DNA of 64,000 nt from Octopus vulgaris (lineage: Eukaryota). The stretch lies in assembly GCA_951406725.2 (NCBI GenBank), contig OX597815.1, positions 81,592,001-81,656,000 on the forward strand, written 5' to 3'. The position numbers and the translations under genes are program-made. A model generated the notes under the pieces. It ran no database searches. It had not been told where the DNA came from and worked only from the letters and a program-made list of their open reading frames with translations. Shown one piece after another: positions 14,151 through 29,421 of the stretch; positions within the stretch are counted from its first letter, which is position 1; each line of letters starts with the position of its first letter.

Positions 14151-14152
<2 letters not shown>
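13895..14152 (-). mobile_element. Interspersed repeat related to 12345-12570
   Basis: Same motif order as 12345-12570; the minus strand has cgaaacgc and ctgaagaag motifs. Confidence 0.45.
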
Positions 14153-14192
<40 letters not shown>

Positions 14193-15028
14193 TACGTGTG
14201 TGTGTGTGTATGATAGACAGACAAACACATACACAGTGAGACTGATCTCCCGGAAGGGTACGGCTGGGAGGCAAAGTTCTTCCACGCACATACACAGACA
14301 ATTGCGGTCCAGCATGGCCACATCCTACCGGCTAGAAACTAGTAAAATAATAGAAGACCCATCATACATAGAATAGTCAAACAGTTACAAATGGATGAAC
14401 CTATATACTTTCATTTGCGTTGCTAGAAATAGCAGTCAAATTTCCCTCAAATCAAACTGGTTCCTTCTGAACAGCAGCAACAACAAAGGTCACAAACCAA
14501 TGCGTTTGTGTGAAGGATTTTCTACAAGTCAAGTTATTATCCCATTCTCCTTCTTGTTGTCTAGCCCCAAGCCAAGACAATTCGGTTATAACCCTCCTGA
14601 TATTGTTTCAAGCATAGTTCATTTTGAGACAACACAATTCAACGAGTATATATCGTTGAAAATCGTAAGGATAGAATTTGAGAAACATCGTGCTATTGTG
14701 CTGTTATTTCTAGCAAACAGAGCGACCGTGTAGCGTTGTTCCCCCGTTTCTGGCGCGTATTTTATATAGTAAGTGTGTAATTCTAGCCACTTCCGTTAGT
14801 CTTTAAACTTGGTTGGGAAGTAAGTAGAGAGACTTTACTAAGTGAACTGATTACACGACAAACGACGTCAAAGTTGAGTACAGGGCGTGTCGTTCTAGTT
14901 TAGTGACCGATCATAACCGAACACGATTCCCCCAGGACCATCGCGATCTTGCTGCCGTCTTTTTGTGGTTACCAACGACTGCCAATATATAATCACTAGC
15001 GAATTCTTCTGTTTTAAGATGGTAAAAG

Positions 15029-15949
15029 CAGTGATATTCAACCGGGGTCCATGTGGCTCTTGAAGGTCACACATAACATTTGTGGATGTCCACACAGCAA
15101 AATAGTAAATTGGGAATCCACGTTAGTTGTTTAGGCGCAGGCGTGGCTGAGTGGTAAGAAGTTTGCTTCCCACCCACACGGTTCCGGGTTCAATCCCACT
15201 GCGTGGCACCTTGAGCAAGTGTCTTCTACTACAACCCCGGGCCGACTAAAGCCTTGTGACGGAAACTGAAAGAAGCTCGTTGTCTATTTGTGTGTGTGTG
15301 TGTGCGTGCGTCTCTGTTCCCCACCACTGCTAGATAACCGGTGTTCGGCAAAAGAGACCGATAGAATAGGTGCCAGCTTTAGAAAAACAAAAGTCATGGG
15401 ATCGATTTGTTCGACTAAAAACCCTTCAAGACTACCAGGCTTTAGAAAAACAGAAGTCATGGGATCGATTTGTTCGACTAAAAACCCTTCAAGACTACCA
15501 GGCTTTAGAAAAACAGAAGTCATGGGATCGATTTGTTCGACTAAAAACCCTTCAAGACTACCAGGCTTTAGAAAAACAGAAGTCATGGGATCGATTTGTT
15601 CGACCAAAAACCCTTCAAGACTGTGCCTTAGCATGGCCGTAATCAAGTGACTGAAACAAATAAAAAATAAAAGACAACAGATAAGAGCCCATGAAAAGTT
15701 TTTACTTTAGATGTATGTATAAGGTATATATTGCAAGAAGCAGCTAGGTTTCTTTCTCTAACATTTTACAGACACACCTACATTTTACAGACACACCTAC
15801 ACAAGTTAATGTGTGAAAAACAAATTAGGGATTTTAAAAGAAGTATCTATATGTAAAACCAGTTTTTAAACATCGAATGGTTTATGGGGGTCACCAGAAT
15901 AAAGCAGTAATCAAAGGGGTCCATAGATAAGAAATGGTTGAGAACCCAG
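15029..15949. mobile_element. hAT-like MITE interrupted by a SINE
   Basis: Left cagtgatattcaacc versus right ggttgagaacccag (degenerate CAGTGGTTCTCAACC-type TIR); ggggtccat is repeated near both ends. Confidence 0.55.
15133..15673 (+). mobile_element. SINE family A containing a 4x63-bp internal tandem array
   Basis: Family A head and tail; unit ccaggctttagaaaaacagaagtcatgggatcgatttgttcgactaaaaacccttcaagacta starts at ~15373, 15435, 15498 and 15561. Confidence 0.9.
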
Positions 15950-16504
15950 CGGTAGAGAACTGAAGCAACGATGTAAACACATCTAATCTACACGACATAA
16001 GAATATACACATATGGAATACATAGGGTACTTAAACTGTACGAGGGAAATCATGAGTAGATCGAAATTGTAGAAGCCAACCTAATGAAGCACTGCAATTT
16101 TCATTGGAAGACATCAGCAGTGTTATAGTTTCACAAGGATGTTGCTTTAGGCTGAGCGACGTACGGACATTCTCATTGGCTCAAAGTTCCGATTTGATAT
16201 GATGACGGCAGCCATTCATTCTGACAGCTTTTTTCATTTGGCAGCTGCCACAACTCTCTAATTGCTTCATGATTAATTCTGAAACCTACCATTACCGAAA
16301 ATTCACCTTTTCATCTAAAGTCATCTGCATATTTGGGTGCCGCTAGATTCGAAAATATTTCAAAGAGCAACTTTTATGACATCATCGTCCTTATCATTCA
16401 GAGTCTCCCAAGTCCTAATCGATCAACAAATTTGCAAAATTTTCCGTAAAATTTCCTGCATCAAAAGTGAAGCTAGAACATCTATCTATCTATCTATCTA
16501 TCTA

Positions 16505-16942
16505 TATTTAAGAGATGACGAATTATCTACATTATTTACATTTGACGGATATTTGTCCTCATCTTGTTTGTTGTTAACACGCCGTTTTGGCTGATATACC
16601 CTCCAGCCTTTATTAGGTATTTTGGGGGAAATTTCGAACCTGGGTTCTCATTCTTAAGGTATTTTTCGATGTTGTTATTATTCAGATCACTGCCTGGAAT
16701 CGAACTCGGAATCTTGGGGTTAGTAGCCCGCGCTCTTAACCACTACGCCATATGCCCGTGGCATGGCGTAGTGGTTAAGAGCGTAGTGGTTAACAACAAC
16801 AACAACATAAAAAAATACCTTAGGAATGAGAACCTAGGTTCGAAATTTCCCCAAGACCCCTGATAAAGGCTGGAGAGTATATCATTCGAAACGGTGTGTT
16901 AACAAACAAGATGAGGACAAATATCCGTCAAATGGAAATAAT
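16505..16942. mobile_element. Head-to-head inverted element with tRNA-like head and degenerate hammerhead-like tail (Penelope-type architecture)
   Basis: 16531-16757 is the reverse complement of 16760-16942, with a deletion in the right arm. The left arm on the minus strand has A box tggcgtagtgg and B box gttcgattcc; ctgataaaggctg...gaaacg lies at 16860-16893. Confidence 0.75.
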
Positions 16943-16962
16943 ACACACACATACATATTCTT

Positions 16963-17039
<77 letters not shown>

Positions 17040-17166
17040 GGATGGATGGATGGATGGATGGATGGATGGATGGATGGATGGATGGATGGATGGATGGATG
17101 GACGGACGGACGGACGGACGGACGGACGGACGGACGGACGGACGGACGGACGGACGGACGGACGGA
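16963..17166. repeat. Compound (GATA)n(GATG)n(GACG)n microsatellite
   Basis: Directly visible. Confidence 0.98.
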
Positions 17167-17573
17167 CCTGTCTGTCTATCTATCCATCTACAAACCCAAC
17201 TGAGGCTAACTTTGCCTTTTATCCTTTCGGGGTGGACAATAGGAAAGAAAAATACCAATCCACAGCAGTAGAATGTAGGAACTGTAATAACATGATCAAA
17301 TTAGATGCCTTACAGTAGTTATTCGGACTTTGAGCGTTCTGAGCCCAAAATCACGACTAAGTAAGTTTATTGGGTGATAGACCCAACCCATCGACCGGTT
17401 TATAACACCACCCCCTGTCACCTTGAGTACATTTAGTAGAGTCCACTATATTACAAGCATATGGACCTGGTTCTTGGTTTACAAATACCTTCCTCCTTCT
17501 CTCGGAGGCCCTATGTTGGGTCAGCCCGATCTACCCCACTGACTGAAAAAAAAAAAAGCGTTCAAAGAATACA

Positions 17574-17705
17574 CAGGCTCTGTGGTAAGATGCTTGCTTC
17601 CTAACCACATGATTCTGAGATCAGTCGCACTGCATGGCACCTTGAGCAAGTATCTTCTACTATAACCCCAGGCCGACCCAAGTCCTTGTGAGTAAAGCCC
17701 ATCAT
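17574..17705 (+). mobile_element. SINE family A, 5' fragment
   Basis: tgtggtaagatgcttgcttcctaaccacatg...ggcaccttgagcaagtatcttctactata. Confidence 0.8.
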
Positions 17706-17736
17706 ATACATACATACATATATATATATATATACC

Positions 17737-18128
17737 TTCTTTTACTTGTTTCAGTCATTCTGACTGCGACCATACGGGAGCACCGCCTTTAGTCGAACAA
17801 ATTGACACCAGGACTTATTCTTTGTAAGCCAGGTACTTATTCAATCAGCCACTTATGCCGAACCGCTAAGTTACGGGGACATAAACACACCAACGTTGGT
17901 TGTCAAGCGAAGGTGGGGGGGGGGCAAACACAGACACACAAATAAATATATGCATATAAATAAATACAGACGAGAGGCTTCTTTCAGTTTCCATCTACCA
18001 AATCCACTCACAAGGTTTTAGTCGGCCCGAGGCTATAGTAGACACTTGCTCAAGGTGCTACGCAGTGGGACTGAACCCGGGACCATGTGGTTGGGAAGCA
18101 AGCTTCTTACCACATAGCCACTTCTGCA
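17737..18128 (-). mobile_element. SINE family A, near full length
   Basis: Reverse complement of family A, from ttttacttgtttcagtca to cttaccacatagccacttctgc. Confidence 0.9.
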
Positions 18129-18129
18129 A

Positions 18130-18178
<49 letters not shown>

Positions 18179-18214
18179 GGTGTGTGTGGGTGTGTATGTG
18201 TGTGTATGTGTGTG

Positions 18215-18246
<32 letters not shown>

Positions 18247-18339
18247 CTTTAACGGACGTTAAAGGATGATGGTGATGGTGTTCGTGGTATTGATGATGAT
18301 ATGCGTGTGTGTATGTATGTTTTATGTCTGTGATTATTC

Positions 18340-18546
18340 CCCACCACCGCTTGACAACAGGGCGTTGGTTCGTTTACGTCCCTGTAACTTAAGGGTTCGG
18401 CAATATAAGTACCAAACTTTCCAGAATAAAATAAAATAAAATAAAATAAAATAAAATATCGATTTGTCGGATCGATTTGTTTGACTAAAATTTACATGGC
18501 AGTGCCCCAGAACGGCCGCAGTCTAATAACAGAAACAAGTAAAGAA
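18340..18546 (+). mobile_element. SINE family A, diverged 3' half
   Basis: ccgcttgacaac...tttacgtccctgtaactta...ggccgcagtctaataacagaaacaagtaaag. Confidence 0.75.
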
Positions 18547-18860
18547 TATAATCTAAAATATATATATATATAGAATCACACCACAAGAAGTAAAATTGTG
18601 TATACAGTGAGAGAGAGAGAGAGTATTAGATAATGATATCGCATAAAAATGTGATAAACGTTCATGATAAACTACTAATTATGTCGCCCAAAAGACCAGA
18701 CATCTGCAACGCCGTTTCAATTCCAGCTCGAACCTGTTACACTTCTTTTGTAATGTGAAGGCACAAACATAAAAGTATTACGGATATTAAAACCCATACA
18801 AGCATAAACCCAATAGAATACGAGATTTTACATTTTTTGCCAAGTCAGCACTTATATATA

Positions 18861-18932
<72 letters not shown>

Positions 18933-19570
18933 TATATATATATGCATATATATATATATGCATATATATATATATGCATATATAGCGCAAAGGAATAGAA
19001 ATATATGAAGTAAATGTTTTTATGAAATAAATTTTACAGATGTGTAACTCTTCATTATACACACACACACACACACACATATATTTATATAGATATATAT
19101 TTATATATGTATATATGTATGTATATAAATAAAACTTACTTGGAGAAGAAGCTGTATATGTGTGTATACATATACACAAATGCTTATACATATTCAGACA
19201 CACGAATATATTATATATATATAAAGTGTCGGTATACACGTATATATAAATGAATATACCTATACATAGATACATAATGCTTTTATATATGTACTATATT
19301 TGTGTATATAATATACCTCCCATATAAATGCACTATTTCTACATACACACACACACGTGCACATATTAGAAACATACATATATACATACACATACATATA
19401 TTTACACAAAAATACACACACACACACATATTCATACATGTACGTATATATGAATTTATATGTGCTTGTTATACATATATACCATTTATATGCACACAAT
19501 ATTCAAACTATATATATATAACTGTGTACAATACATGTACGTGTGTGTGTGTGTATATTTATATACATAC

Positions 19571-19601
<31 letters not shown>

Positions 19602-20149
19602 TATATACTTTTATGATTACCATATACCCATTGTGGACGGGGGAGGAACTGATGTGATAAAATGAAAGTGGCATAAATGGGAGGAAACCAGAGTAGTCGC
19701 TGACGTTAGGCTACGACAGATACGACACATATATACATGTGCGCGTGAGAATATATATATATATATACATACATACATATATACATACACGCATGCGCGC
19801 ACACAGACACATAAACACTATACGAACCCTGAAATAAAATCTGGCCATAATTGCTGGGAGCAAACTTATGGCCAAACAATGCCCAAAGCACCTCCATTGC
19901 TATCGAATACCGGTATAAACCTTCCAAAGAGCTGAATATGAAATAATAAATTTAAAATTCAGTTACCTTCCATGCCACCCACCCACACCTAAAATCGTTT
20001 AAAATACGTGTGTCTATATATACATACATACACACACATATATATATACATACATACACAGACACACACATATATATACATACACACACATATACATACA
20101 TACACACACACACACATATATACATACATACACACACATACACATATAT

Positions 20150-20230
<81 letters not shown>

Positions 20231-20698
20231 CAAATATTATATAGCAATAGGTAGCAGAGGGATATATTATATATTTATAAATATAGGGAACCGAGGGAAA
20301 ATACAAATTTTGATTCTTTCTTTCTTTTTTTTTTATTTGTAAGGCCTAGCTTAAAAGTGCACAATTTATATCAAAGATGGACGAAAAACCGGCATGGAAA
20401 AGAAAAAAAAAAGAAAAATATAAAAATTAGAAAAAAAAAAATGTAAATCTCCGCCGTATCTCGTTCCCCTACCTTTCCTTGATACCCGAAGCACGTGCTT
20501 GGCGAAGGGGAGAATAACAAAATCGCCTTCGTACTATCCTTGTATGCACACACATACACACACACACACAATGATAGCCCCCACATCCCGTTCTAAGACT
20601 CGAACCTGCAATAAACAAACTAAATCCAAAAAACTGAAAGAATTCCAAATATCCAAACTAGAGAACAACACATATTGTTATTAACGGCTGGTGTTTGG

Positions 20699-20713
20699 TT
20701 TTGGTTGGTTGGT

Positions 20714-20784
<71 letters not shown>

Positions 20785-20826
20785 TCGGTCGGTCGGTCGG
20801 TCTGTTGGTCGGTCGGTCGGTCGGTG
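20699..20826. repeat. Compound (GGTT)n(GGCT)n(GGTC)n microsatellite
   Basis: Directly visible. Confidence 0.95.
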
Positions 20827-21492
20827 GCTTTTGATAAATTTTGCTTTTCAAGTGATTTGTAATGCAGAGAAAATTGCCTGCATCAGCAATACAGATAAGT
20901 ACACATACACTCACTCACTCACAGAGACAGACGTACACATTAGCCTAACAGAAATCAGTACAACAAGCAACGAAAACTGACAACAGTGTGTGTGTGTGTG
21001 TGTGTGTGTGCGTGTGGGCGCGCGCACGCACACCTTATGTTATAAGCATCAACGTGCTTTACTATGACTGTTATTATATCTATACGGCTATAAATAATGT
21101 TCTTTCAGTGTTTTTTAATGAAATAGCTGAGCATTTTATTTTTCATATTTTTCATACGTGTGCGCGCGTATGTGTGTGTGTAATTTAAATCGTGAAGGCT
21201 AAAATAAAAAGAAAACACACATACATGCACGTTATAGCTATCGACATGCCTATACATACAAACATACATACATACGATCAAACGGAAAATTCATACGGAA
21301 AATCATAAAATACTCGCATATAACATATATATACGTAGACCTACACAGAATGTGTGTGTTTGTGCGCGCGCGTATGCATGCATGTATGTATGAATGAATT
21401 TATGCATGTTTATGTGTATACATACACACATATACTATCATACGTATATTGTATATTATATATCTTGCGTGTATAATAGTGTGTGTGTGTAC

Positions 21493-21533
<41 letters not shown>

Positions 21534-21587
21534 TATATGTTTGTCTGTATGTGTGTATATATATATATATACATACATACACAAAGG

Positions 21588-21629
<42 letters not shown>

Positions 21630-21748
21630 CAGATAGATTTGTATATTTGTGTAATAAACGTATTTTATATATGCATGCATTACATATATAATGCACACAA
21701 ACACGGTATATTCGATAAGAATTTTACATACATGTTATATTATATATT

Positions 21749-21785
<37 letters not shown>

Positions 21786-21786
21786 C

Positions 21787-21823
<37 letters not shown>

Positions 21824-22871
21824 CATATACATATATATATATATATATATACATACATATATATATATATATTATTATTATTATTATTATTACATATTTT
21901 CTTATATATATTACACACCAACATTTAATATAACGTACATAGATATATTTATATACCAACACAGAGAAATAGAAACGCTTATTCATACATATTTCACGTT
22001 CACACATATATATGTATAGATTTTTCCATACCTGTTTTCCATACACCGTGGTTATTCTACGTAATATTTGCGAGTGAACGTGTGCGTGCTTTTTTGTAAC
22101 GTGTATGTTTTGCATGTACAGGAATGTGAAAGTAATTCACGTACGTATAAATACTATCGACTCAGCGTAAAAAACTGCATATTTTTAAGGTTAGATTCGA
22201 GGAACAACATCGATGTTTGTAAAAAGCTGATACCTTTCTCGTGAGCATCAAGCGAATGTGATGCTTAGTATCAAAGAATCGAAACTGCATCGCGTGATTC
22301 CTTTTGATGGGGTACAAGGCGTAAATTTTCTTTCCATGCTTTTTGTTCTCAGTTTCGGAAGCGGGTAGCTTAGTTAATTGGGTGACTCCTGGATAAATAT
22401 ATACCTATACTGAACCTCCAACGAAATTAGAACACAAGAACTAAACAGAAGCGATTAATGAAACAACTTAGTGCGGTGCTTTTACACTGTCCGCTAATGT
22501 ATAACAAGGCAGAGACTATAAGAGTATGTGTCTCGAGTATTTCCTAGTGTCTCGTGTGTGTGTGTATGTCTGTGTGTGTGTTTCTTTTTTTTGTGTAAAA
22601 ATGCTTATTATACATTTAAAATTTCCACAAAAAAAAAATTAATATATATTTGAGCAAAGTCATAGCTACTATATTAAGATATTTCACCCGATATTTGTAT
22701 CACTGTATATACATACACATACACACACATAGCATAGACATATATTTACATACACAGTTGTTATATGAGGTAATACATATAAATACAACCTATACTTATA
22801 TACCCGCGCAGTAAAATTATGAAATTCGTGTGTGCGAATATGAGTGTATATACTCGATTTATGCATGCGTG

Positions 22872-24480
<1,609 letters not shown>

Positions 24481-24802
24481 ACACACTCAAGCACATACCT
24501 ACATATATTTTACATTGGTGAGAAGGCGGGTGTATGTGTGTGTATGCGTGTGTGTGTGCAATGTACTATAGTTCGTTGTTAATGACTTCGAAGTCTCACC
24601 GATGGTAAATTATTCATTGCGCGAAACACTTCGGAGAAGTCACCAGAAGTTGTACGTATACATATTTCTATATAAGTACGCATACATACACACATATATA
24701 CATACTATGCCTGTGTATATTTTTGCATGTCCTTGCATATATATTTTTATTTGCATGTGTGTTTTATACTTTATATGCATATGTGTGTGTGCATAGATAG
24801 GC

Positions 24803-24849
<47 letters not shown>

Positions 24850-25526
24850 TAAATACTTTTATACATACATGTGTGTATAGATAAGCATATACATATATGT
24901 AAATACATTTATACACACACATATATATACACACACATACATACGCTCGCACCTGTATACACCTGTGTGCATATTCACGTAGATATTACGTAAACGTAAA
25001 TGTGCATACATATATATATATTTATATAAGCACATATATATATAGGCACATATATATATGCACACACACACACACATATATATATATTCATACACACACA
25101 CATAAACATACAAACACATATACATACAAACAAAGATTTATATATATACACACACACACACATACATGTGTGAGTATGTGTGATTTTTGTGGATTTTGAT
25201 GGATAAATGGATGAACAGAAAGAAAATGTTTTGTTTATATAAAATTAAGGGCCAAAGGCATGAGTTTAAATTAACAAGTTAAGGGGTAATGTAATGAATG
25301 AGGATAGACACAAAACAATGTTAACTAATATCTTCCTCTTAGTTGGAGAAAGAAAGCCAAAACCTGACTCCAATTATTAGCGACTCTGAAAAATAGGGGG
25401 AGATAATTTGTATTAGGAATTAATTTCATAAAACATATAGGTATGTGTAGGTATATACACATCTATGTATGTATATGCCTCGGTGTGTGCATATGTGTGT
25501 TTATGCATGTATGTATATGTGTATCT

Positions 25527-25575
<49 letters not shown>

Positions 25576-25667
25576 CATACATACATATAAATATATACAT
25601 ACACATAAATATATATACACATATAAATATATATATACACATAAATATATATATATATATATGTAAA

Positions 25668-25698
<31 letters not shown>

Positions 25699-25844
25699 TA
25701 CATATACATATAAATATATATATATATACATACATAAATATATGTACACATAAATATATATATACATATAAATACACATATATATATATATATCTACACA
25801 TAAATACATATATATACGTAGATATAAATACATACATATATACG

Positions 25845-25945
<101 letters not shown>

Positions 25946-26478
25946 CATATATACACATATATATATATATATTTACACCCACACAAACGCACAATATAAT
26001 ATACAGAATAATAGAACAGCTATGCTGATATGGAAATAGGTCACTATTGCGAACTATTCAGCATCAAGTCGGATATAGCTTCCACCGATAGCACAGCTAT
26101 TCTATTTAGCAGGAGAAATAGGTCAACACTATGGGATCGTAATTTTATGGAGAATTTTGTTGTTGTTCCTAAAGTTATACTATGTCTCCATTCTATTGTA
26201 ACACTACTATACTTGAGCCGAAGAAGGCGCCTGCGTGTAGTCGACCATGTTGTTAGAAATAGTAACAGAATTTGCCTCACGTATTTAAAAGAAAGTACAA
26301 TAACTACACTGACCAAATGCATTTGTCGTTAAACTATTATAATTTGGTCACGCCCGGAACGGCTTTGGTCAGTTGGACAAGAACTGGCTTGAAGCTAAAC
26401 CATAAGCTACAACTACTATACTATGTGGGCGTATGAGATATTACGACGTATGTGTGCGTGGGTGGGTGTAAACTAGGC

Positions 26479-26518
<40 letters not shown>

Positions 26519-26689
26519 GTTATTATTAAGTAGTGATTTGTGATGTTTTAGAAAGTATGAAGCAATGATTGAGATTGTGAGTTCAAATCCCGCCAAAGTC
26601 AAATTTGCATTCTATTTTACGAGTAGGGTTGCTTGTCGTAAAGAAATACCAGTGGAATCCTATAGACAAGACACAGACTTACATGAAAG

Positions 26690-26852
26690 AGAATATTACA
26701 CGGAAGCTAGTGGTCAGTGTTCGTTGCTCAACGTTCAATTCTCACCATTACATTTCTGTCACAAAACCAAAACAACCGATATTAACAAATTGAAGGATGT
26801 TCGTTTTGCAGACAAGACGTCGCTGTTTCGATCTCACAGCGCTGCAGTTTGA
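26690..26852 (+). pseudogene. Degenerate RTE-clade reverse transcriptase fragment
   Basis: Translation SLLNV...HKTKTTDINKLKDVRFADKTSLFRSHS resembles the RTE pattern (LFN...KTK...LLFADD.AL.AHS) around the catalytic YADD/FADD motif, with the second Asp lost. Confidence 0.45.
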
Positions 26853-27301
26853 GAAAGTGTCTCGAGACGAACCAAGTGTTGTAAGTGGAAATGAGTAGAC
26901 GGAACGGAAACTATGTGGAAGCCCATCACTTGGCCTTGTAGCGCTCTTTCAAAGGGTCCGACTTGTCATATAGTATCAGGCTGGTACAACATTCATAATT
27001 ATGTCATAGATACAAAGGCCTGTGAGATACTCAGCCATTTACACAATAATTCAATAAGTAGCTCGGTTGGTGAAACAGATGAAATATACATCATCGAAAT
27101 CGATGGAAGTCCATATATGTATATATATGTGTGTGTGTGTTTGTGCGTTGTAAAGGCCACACGGAAGGCTCCACAATGATGGGAAGATGATTTAAAGTGA
27201 CTGGGATCAAGATGGAAAAGAATGGCGCAATAAAAATCGAATTGGAAGCGCATTGTGACCAGCGATATATACAACAAGCACCTAAATGTCTGGTCGATAC
27301 T

Positions 27302-27337
<36 letters not shown>

Positions 27338-27414
27338 CACACATATATTTATATGTACTATATATGTGTGCATATATGTACTATATATGTGTGTGCATAT
27401 ATGTACTATATATG

Positions 27415-27458
<44 letters not shown>

Positions 27459-27539
27459 TATACATATATATATACATACATATATATATATACACATATA
27501 TATATATACATATATACATATACATATATATATATATAC

Positions 27540-27572
<33 letters not shown>

Positions 27573-27933
27573 ACCATACGAGTCTATACTCAACTATATA
27601 TGGCTTAGACAAATTTATTCAATATACTTTGCCATACCTTTTTGAGCTCTTCCCGTATACCAGACATCCATCCATCAATCCTCTAACACGGTAACAGAAT
27701 AGTTGTAATTAATTAATAGAAATAAAAAACAAAGAAAAGAACGCCAAGCGTTAGAGGCTTCATGGTGAGACAATCACAGCGTTAACTGGCAATATTACTA
27801 TATACCCTCATAGAACTACTATAATACTATACACGATCACTAACGAGAGAAACAGATCACTTTTATCGATTTCTTAGACAAAAAGTATTGATAAATTGCT
27901 GTCATCCCCACTTCTACTTCAGAATCAATCACA

Positions 27934-27976
<43 letters not shown>

Positions 27977-28226
27977 ATGTATGTATGTATGTGGGTTTGT
28001 ATGTGGGTTTGGTCTGCATCTATTTATCCACTTAAGTCTTTTTGATGTGGGCGTGAATGTGAATGTGTGTGTGTGTGTGTGTGTGTTTAATTTGCAAACG
28101 AGGGAAAAAGAGAATTTCAATGAATAGTTTTGTAGAGTTTCATCAAATTTGGTCAGTGCTTTGGCACGAAACTGTAAGCCCTCGTGTAAGTCACACAGTA
28201 TAGACAGCCAGCTTAAATACATACAT

Positions 28227-28270
<44 letters not shown>

Positions 28271-28896
28271 AATCTTTAAAATCCACGAACCTGTCAGAAA
28301 ATAAACAAGAACGCATTCATTCTACATTCACTGAACACACGTGCAGGACACTGTTCTGAAATTTTTAGTATACATTACAAACACATAAATCCACACACAT
28401 ACACGCGTGTGTGCATGTATATACATATACATATATACACGTGTGTGTGTGTGTGTGTGTGTGTCACGAGAGGGATATAGAGCTATTTTAACCATTCGGC
28501 AGCACAGAAAACTATTGTATACACACACTTTTAGATTACTGTTTAAGAGCGAAACTTTTCGTTGCATCTCTGCGACCTCGTTACTGACAAAATTCCACTG
28601 CATCAGTTGAAATTTAGTTACAGGCCTTGACTAAAATCGGTTCTCCTCTCCCCTGCGCATTCCCTCCTCTCCCTCTCACTTTCTATTTTCGTACTTGTAG
28701 AACAACCGAACAGAAACAGGCACAAAGGCTACACATAATCACTCAACCTCCCAGAAATAGCAGCCGAATGTTCCATAAATGACACGCTGCCTTCTAAGAA
28801 GCTGCTTCCAAAGAAGAGAAAAAAAGACAGGATGTTTTGACAAATAGGATGCTTTTCAATCAGAGTTTACTTGGGGTTAAACATATACACTATATA

Positions 28897-29046
28897 ACTT
28901 GTTTCAGTCATTCATCTGCGGCCATGCTGGAGCACCGCCTTATTCTTTGTAAGCCTAGTACTTATATCGGTCTTTGGCCGAACCGCTAGGTCACGGCGAC
29001 ATCAACATACCCATACCAACATCAGTTGTCAAGCGATGGTAGGGGG
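28897..29046 (-). mobile_element. SINE family A, 3' part
   Basis: cttgtttcagtcattc...gcggccatgctggagcaccgcc...gaaccgctagg. Confidence 0.85.
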
Positions 29047-29051
29047 AAAAG

Positions 29052-29175
<124 letters not shown>

Positions 29176-29176
29176 T

Positions 29177-29421
29177 TTTCGTAATGAGATAAAAAACCAA
29201 GGCTGTGTAGATTTTAGAACATTCTAAAATCTACACACCCTTGGTTTTTTTTTATCTCATTACGAAACAATTTTTTTATATACAGACGCTGACATATGAC
29301 CAACGTTGAACCCCTTATTCGCATAATCACCGAACCTGGAACTTAACTACGGTCTATCTATACGACTTATTCAACATTACCTGATACCTTTGGGTCTCAA
29401 TGACACCATTACCTCTCATAA

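Noticed and set aside
15284-15650. ORFs with a repeated 21-aa peptide; possible CRISPR-like array
   Set aside because: A 63-bp tandem duplication inside a SINE: no unique spacers, no cas genes, eukaryotic context.
15761-15801. 19-bp tandem duplication acattttacagacacacct
   Set aside because: Ordinary slippage duplication within a MITE.
24594-24622. Resemblance to miR-36 (tcaccg...gtaaa..attcat)
   Set aside because: The seed differs and the sequence spans the loop rather than an arm of the hairpin.
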